This document shows positions 47,601-53,791 of a stretch of 53,791 nucleotides of DNA, piece by piece. Each line of letters opens with the position of its first letter. Position 1 is the first letter of the stretch. The notes below the pieces were generated by a model. That model was not told where the DNA came from, made no database searches, and saw only the letters and a program-made list of their open reading frames with translations. Origin of the DNA: Catajapyx aquilonaris. Taxonomy: Eukaryota. The translations under genes and the position numbers were made by a program. Location of the stretch: positions 1-53,791 of the forward strand of contig JYFJ02002670.1 in assembly GCA_000934665.2 (NCBI GenBank), written 5' to 3'.

Positions 47601-49622
47601 TCCTGAACGAATCTTGTATTTGTAATTCACCTGATCTTCTTTTCCATTTATGTAATTGTATCACACTTTTATCAAAGTGCATAGTAATGTTGGGGTGAAA
47701 AGTGACTCAGTGAGAGGTGAAGGCTGTCACGATACAGTATCGCTCATAAGGAATGGTATGACTCTAAAGAAAATCTGGATGCGGGGGAGGGGTCATACAG
47801 GTCGTCAGAGGTCGAGGAAAGGTGTCCATTGGGTCGCAATGAAATAAGTTTGGGAACACTGCCGGACAGGCAGGTTAAACATATCGTCCATATAGTTGTA
47901 CCGTTCTTTATGAGTGGGACTGTACATCACCACTATCTTCTACTACTCTCTGCCCCAGTTCACCCTTTCCTCAGAAATACCATGAATGCCCATACAGATG
48001 ATGACAGATTGAGTAAGCATGCTACTATTGACTTTTCTAGGGTGTCATCTAAAATCAAGATTTGCCTCTTCTTGGTATCATGTTTGAAACATTCACCAAC
48101 ACACCTTCTGCTGGCATGACTCATACTGGTGCACCTGAATCAAAAATGGGCATGGCTGTTCTGTTATGGTTTTATTGAAAATGTTGCTTTTGCATCAAAG
48201 CTGGGGAAAATTCTGCTCAGTACTGGTACCTCATACACTACCAGTCCCAAAGCAGAACCTTCTGCCACTTACCCAATTCCAGTTTGGTGGTTCTCAATCA
48301 GCCTAAAAACTGTGTCAAATAAAACAATCCTGGATCAGATTAAAGATCAAGGGACCAGAAGGTCATGACATCTATAGTGCCATAGGCAGAAATGGTTGAA
48401 AGGCCTGCTGGGCCTTGTCACCAAACAGAAGTTGAGATCAGAATTTACTACTGTTGTCCCAATATTATTACAACCCTCTGCCTCCTCGCAGAACATATCT
48501 GAATAATAGTTGTCACAAAAAAAAGTGTTTTATGCTATTGCAATTTATTATCGTGATATCTGGAGGATTAACCTGAATATTTCTTCAACAGAAATGGAAG
48601 AACCTACCTATGAGTATGACTTTCCGAAGCAATATGTTAGTCCTCAGAAATGGTTTCCCAAGAAAAAGCCATTCAACTTGTAAGTATTGATTGACATCAC
48701 AGTATCAGACATTTTCAGGCGTTTTTACATGAAAGGCTATGCTGGGAATCGTGGGTGCTAGAATATTTTCTGAGAGGGGGGGACAAATTCAGATGAATTT
48801 TTTCAAGAAAGGGAATCCTTTTTTCGCATAATATTGGTAATATTACTGTAGGTACACCTCTGCTTGGCCGGGTCTTTTTCCGCTTTTCACCCGACACGCC
48901 GGGGCAGCATTGCACTCCCTTAGCTGCCCGGGGCCAGAGAAAAGGTCTGGTGATCTGAGAGAGTCGTGAGTGACTATAAACCTTGGATGCTCCCCCTTGG
49001 GAACCTTCCCCCTCCCCCCAAAACGAGCCGCAATGGCTCGAGCACGGGGTAACAATTTAAAAAATAATAATAATAATATTACTGTAGGTAGAATGATAAT
49101 TGGAAACATCTGGGTGTCAGTAGTAATAATATGATAATACTGATATTAGTTCAGACATTGATATCCTTTTGGACATAAATACCCAACTGGGTATTAAAAT
49201 TGCTACATGAATAAATACATCTGCCTTGGAATTGCCAAAACATTGGGACTCAGAGACCTAGAGGCTGCTCATTTTGATCCTCCTACACACTGGATCTTGT
49301 AGATACATGGAAAATCATAAGTGTGTTTAACATGTTAGCTTAAATTGCATAATACTGGAAGCAAGAAAAATCACTTCGGTAGTTAATGAAAAGTTCTAAT
49401 AATAACATGTTTTCTTTCAGATACTTGGATAAGTACAAGGATCCAAGGGACATACAGAAGGAACTACTCTTGATAAAATTGAAGGAGCTGCACCCATTCC
49501 GAGGACCTGACCCTCGCCCAAAATATCCCAATGCATTTTTCATACCAGATTCAGTTCCATCATGGCTGAAAAATGAGATGAGCAAGGAACGGTTGCGACT
49601 TGGGAAGTATCGCTTCATATAA
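44683..49622 (+). CDS. mRpL38: 39S mitochondrial ribosomal protein L38 (mL38, PEBP domain), ~404 aa
   Basis: Phase-consistent exons 44683-44824, 44896-45051, 45107-45434, 45489-45650, 45709-45845, 48592-48679, 49421-49622. Arg-rich presequence, IARSLAERL, AEHYGIYDHL, WTLVMTNLDGH, EYLHW, YLQPFAPKGTGYHRFVFVLYKQ, TPAGLAFFQSDWD, EPTYEYDF, PFNLYLDKYKDP. AATAAA at 49641-49646. Confidence 0.95.
46422..47507. mobile_element. Older fold-back element with long imperfect inverted arms
   Basis: ACCAAAGGAGGTGTTCTAA ... TTAGAACACCTCCTTTGGT termini; diverged mirror symmetry continues ~300 bp inward. Confidence 0.7.
46868..47028. mobile_element. TA-flanked hairpin MITE sharing the CAGTGCTGGACATTAAT TIR (different interior)
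   Basis: TA|CAGTGCTGGACATTAATGGTCAAGTACTG ... CAGTACTTGACCATTAATGTCCAGCACTG|TA; almost fully self-complementary. Confidence 0.85.
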
Positions 49623-50173
49623 CTGTGAACTATTTGCCTAAATAAAGTTGTAAGTGTCATTCATACATTGAATGCTTTGATGATTTTTCTAGTAGCTGAA
49701 ATTACAGTTCATATGCATGAGCTTCAGAGTCACTGACTTTGGACATAATTATAAATATTTTAAGATTTGAAAAGGTGGAAGTTAGTAGGGAAGGTAGAGA
49801 AGGTCTTGGTTGGGGGGAGTGGGGGAGGCTACAGTGGAGGTCTGAAGGGGCTGTTGGCACAAGGCTAGTTCACCTCACGGAGTATAGTAGGCACAGTCTA
49901 TTAGTTGTGATCTACTTGCTCCACACCTGTGAAGTTCACCTAGAATGAAAAACACCTGCATGTCAATGTTACGAATACGAATTACTAGATAATGAATGCT
50001 GTTTTAATCACACAACTTGTTGGCTGATTAGCCAAGTGGAAGAGTGATGTTGGGGCAAGACATTCATTTTGCAGTGAATCAAGAAAAATATGACAAAATT
50101 TATTCAGTACCCTGCACAGCAATGGGAGTTTGCCCAGAACACTAATTGCACCACAAAGTTCACCCACTGTTAA

Positions 50174-50799
50174 CCCCTTGAGCCCCAGCCGCCTAGAATC
50201 TAGGGGCTGAGAACTCGCCCGCCAGGTACCAGCTATACTCGCCACTGCCTAGTGTTCCGCTTACTTGTGCAGTGAAGATACGAACAAGATATTTTACAAA
50301 TAATAACAGCTCTACTTACCCATTCAGGGAAAACATTATGAATGTGTTGAAGACAATTTCCCTCCCATAGAAGTCCCTAAATTAATTTCCAAAAAGATCA
50401 CTGTAACAACCCGATATTCGAGTACTGCCAACTGTTAGGCTGATTTGATAATGTAATACATTAAAATATACGGAATAACAATTTTGAGAAGGGTTCCAAA
50501 TGGATTTGCTGAAATCGTCGTACTTTTCGAGAAACAATAAAGTATATTTGGGAGTAATCCGAAGTGGCAGGCAAGTCACAGAAAAGTATTGATTTATTTC
50601 TCGGAAAGTACAACGATTTCAACAAAGTCTTCTGCCATGGTTCTCAAGATTGTTATTCCGTATATTTTAACGTACTTCATAATTATATCACCCTAACAGT
50701 TGACCCGTAGTACTCGGATTTTCATAATTTACGGCGATCTTTTTGTAAATTAATTTACGGACTTTTAGCCTAGATTCTAGGTGGCTGAGACTCAAGGGG
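50174..50799. mobile_element. piggyBac-like MITE
   Basis: TTAA|CCCCTTGAGCCCCAGCCGCCTAGAATCTAGG ... CCTAGATTCTAGGTGGCTGAGACTCAAGGGG|TTAA with an internal inverted repeat. Confidence 0.85.
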
Positions 50800-52047
50800 T
50801 TAAATACAGAGTGCTGTAGTTGTGCCAGATGAATAAAAAAGTTCAGGTCTCTTGCCCTGTGTCACATAGTTTGTTACATAGCCCTGTTTGTCAGTAACAA
50901 TCATGGGATGTGGTAAGCCCATTCTTTCATAGGTATGTGAAGTGATACGGAAGAGCTCTGAAGAAGGAAAGTTTGCGTATGTGATTGCACAAGAAATGCA
51001 CATGCCACACTCCATGGTAAGGGACAATGCATGAAAGAACAAAACTACACGAACTACCGAGAAAAACCTCATTATGAACTTCACCAGGCAACATCATCAA
51101 GGGAAGACTGAGAGCTGAGATAAAGCAAGCAAAAGCAGCGAGAGGCAGCAGCAACCATCCATTTTAAAAACGTTGGAGGTAAACCACCCCCCAACAACAT
51201 GTTGATTATGCATCCATGACATGAAGATGAGCTGTTATGTAGTAACTTCTCAAAGACTAGCGGAAAATTCATAAAATCAGGACCTGCCCTCTTCTCCGTA
51301 GGCCAAGAAGAAACCACTCCTAACTGCACTGCAACAAAAAAAAATGCTTGTTTGGGAGAAGGAATGGAAGCTTTGGGCACAGATATGGAATTAGTCACGT
51401 TTAGAGCAAAATCAAGATTCGAAATCATCACATCACAGGGACAGCCATAATTGAGTACTGCAAACAAAAGAAGAGGTGCACCATCCCGATTGTCTCATCA
51501 GAACCTTCAATCATACAGACAGCATTATGGTGTAGGCAGTGGCGTCGCTAGTGTTGTTGTCACCCGGTGCGGCAACTCGTGGTGTCACCCGCCCCCCTCC
51601 ACCCCCCTGTCCCAAGGGCCAGGACCCTCTCCCGTGCCCGACCGTACAGAATACTTGGTTATTTTTTAGTACTAATGAAGCTCTCATGCATATCATTGAT
51701 TGCCATGTGAATAGTTGTCATGAAAAGAACAAAATTTAAAGGTGTACGAGGTGTGATCGAAAAGTTCCCGGACTGTGTTCATGAAAACATCAACATTTGC
51801 CACCTTCAAAGTAGCAAGTAGTCACCTTGGACACGTATACAACAATAAATTCCAGCGAATTTCCCATTTTTGGAAGCACCAAAAAAATTGGGCACCAGTA
51901 ATAATAATTAATAATACTTCATACCCCGTTATCAGCCGGCGGCTCTTTAGGGGGGAAATTTTTGTTTTGACTGGAACTCTTTGCTTTCATTTTATTTGCT
52001 TTTTGGGATAGGATAGGGACGGAAGGAAGCGGCTGTGGCCTGTTTAT

Positions 52048-52160
52048 TATACCGCGGGAATTTTCATACCACGTGAACTTTCATATACCACGTGAATTTT
52101 TATACCGCGGATATTTTGATACCACGTGAATTTTTATACCAGGGAAATTTTTATACCACA
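52048..52160. repeat. Tandem ~20 bp TTTTATACC(A/G)CG repeats, probably a transposon subterminal array
   Basis: About 7 imperfect copies of the ATACCACG/ATACCGCG unit. Confidence 0.7.
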
Positions 52161-52389
52161 AATTTTTTTAAATCACATGAAAAGAAATCATAACAGGGTT
52201 TTTTTTTGGCACACGAATATTTTTTAAGAATATACTGAAACACAAATTATCGCATTCTTTTACTTATTAGCACACTAATAAGGCTAAAAAAAATGTAACC
52301 TTAATAAAATATTTTATGGTGATTGTTGAATTTTGTGGCGCCCTTTCTTTACAATAAGTACATGCTGGAGAGAGTGTCAGTATCGAAGT

Positions 52390-52660
52390 AGCGCAGTGGT
52401 CTAGTGGTTAAGACTCTCTCTTCGTAACCAGAAGGTTGAAGGATCGAATCCTGAAAGGAAGACGTCGTTTCTTTTTATCGCTATGGACCTTTCCCGCTGT
52501 TACTTCATCTCTCATTTCACATTTATTTCTTTTTGAAGTGCATCTGGTAAATAGGCTAGACCCTTCCAACACTCACACTCTCGTTGCAGCATAGCGTGGC
52601 TGTGTGGTAACGCATCAGACTCTCAATCGGGAGATGTGGGTTCAAATCCCGTGTCTCCTT
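52390..52660 (+). pseudogene. Two degenerate tRNA-like fragments (~52390-52455 and ~52593-52660)
   Basis: GTGGTCTAGTGGTTAAGAC...GGATCGAATCC and GTGGCTGTGTGGTAACGC...GGGTTCAAATCCC A/B boxes; acceptor stems do not pair. Confidence 0.5.
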
Positions 52661-53035
52661 GGTTGAGAGTCATAAAAAAAAATTTGCAGCCGACATCTCT
52701 GGCCAAGATGGCGACTGTTCCTTCGCAGTTTCCCCAACACTTCTTCAGAGGTGTTAGAGGAGCAGCGAAGAGGGGGGGAGGGGTGGAGAAGATGAGGAAA
52801 GAAGGGGAGGGGAGAAAAAAAATTTGAAAAATTTTAAGACACCTGCTTAATGGGAGGGGGCGGTCACTTTTTTCGAAGAAAAAAGTCTAAAAATATTGTC
52901 CATCCCGGCAGCCCCCGCCCTACGCACCCCATAGTCCCTACATTTGTCTTATACCGAGGAGTTCCATTCTCAAACCTATCACCCCTCCAAATATTTAAGT
53001 CTACAATTTAAACTATAGGTCCAATAAAATCACAA

Positions 53036-53791
53036 GCAAATGCAAATAATTCGGCACACTTTTTAGGGCATTTCCAATGGTTTGTTGCAGCCTGACCTTT
53101 GACCTGAAAGGCCCTAATATTAGGTTTTTGGTCTGTGGCCAGGCCCTACTTCGGTCTCCATCTGCCGGAGCTTTCGTAATGAGACTGTACAGAGCACAGT
53201 ACTTAGATATACAGTATATCTCTCGATGTGAGGTAGTATGCCCCTAGCCTGCTAGCCAAAATTAATGTAGCAGTCCGCCTGTCCTTGTGGGTAGCGGGGC
53301 GGGGGTGGAAAGGGGGGAATATGTAAGGTCAAAGAGACAGGAAGGCGACCAAGCGTCCAAGCCTACACCAAAACTTGCCTATCTAAAACCGCGTCGACGA
53401 TATGCGCATCTCCACGCACAGCAGAAGCGGGTTGGAATTTATTATTTTAATAATCCATAGAGCAATGCCACGAAACAGTGATGCCGCATGTCCGTCCTGA
53501 TGACCCCAAGGAGGTGACCACTCGCCTACGTCACATCTTGGTCACATTCATAGATAATGATACCTGCCACTCCGTTTGGCTAGGGGCATACTACCTCACA
53601 TCGAGAGATATACTGTATATCTAAGTACTGTGCTCTGTACAGTCTCATTACGAAAGCTCCGACAGATGGAGACCGAGGTAGGGCCTGGCCACATACCAAA
53701 AACCTAATATTAGGGCCTTTCAGGTCAAAGGTCAGGCTGCAACAAACCATTGGAAATGCCCTAAAAAGTGTGCCGATTCATTTGCATTTGC
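53036..53791. repeat. Long inverted repeat (fold-back element) running off the window end
   Basis: 53036-~53249 is the near-perfect reverse complement of ~53578-53791; ~330 bp spacer. Confidence 0.9.

Noticed and set aside
51538..51775. hAT-like (CAGTGGCGTCGCTAG) and mariner-like (TACGAGGTGTGATCGAAAAGTTCCCGG) single termini
   Set aside because: No matching opposite terminus found, so boundaries cannot be supported.
52048..52160. CRISPR-like spaced repeats
   Set aside because: Eukaryotic context, degenerate tandem units without unique spacers, and no cas genes.
52390..52660. Functional tRNA genes
   Set aside because: Acceptor stems do not pair and there is no proper cloverleaf.

Overview
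Eukaryotic (very likely arthropod) genomic DNA with GT-AG introns, many only ~55 nt long. Four protein-coding genes can be assembled by hand with consistent splice phases. (1) The 3' part of HBS1L on + (278-9266), including an alternative terminal exon (476-1062) that looks like the SKI7/HBS1LV3-type exosome-adaptor isoform. (2) A small 5-exon type I membrane protein on + with two EB-like cysteine repeats and a cytoplasmic PPxY motif (10271-15424). (3) An uncharacterised ~510 aa coiled-coil protein on - (42111-16431) spanning a ~22 kb intron, with a possible HCCC zinc site and a DSGxxS degron. (4) mRpL38 on + (44683-49622), head-to-head with gene 3. Introns and intergenic DNA are dense with often nested non-autonomous DNA transposons (pogo/Tigger-, mariner-, hAT-, Harbinger- and piggyBac-like MITEs, several long fold-backs), tRNA-derived SINEs (one with a V-SINE-like core) and tRNA-like fragments. 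A ~705 nt poly(A) run is probably an assembly artefact. No CRISPR, rRNA or intact transposase was seen. I found no clearly new system; all family assignments are from motif recognition, not database searches.
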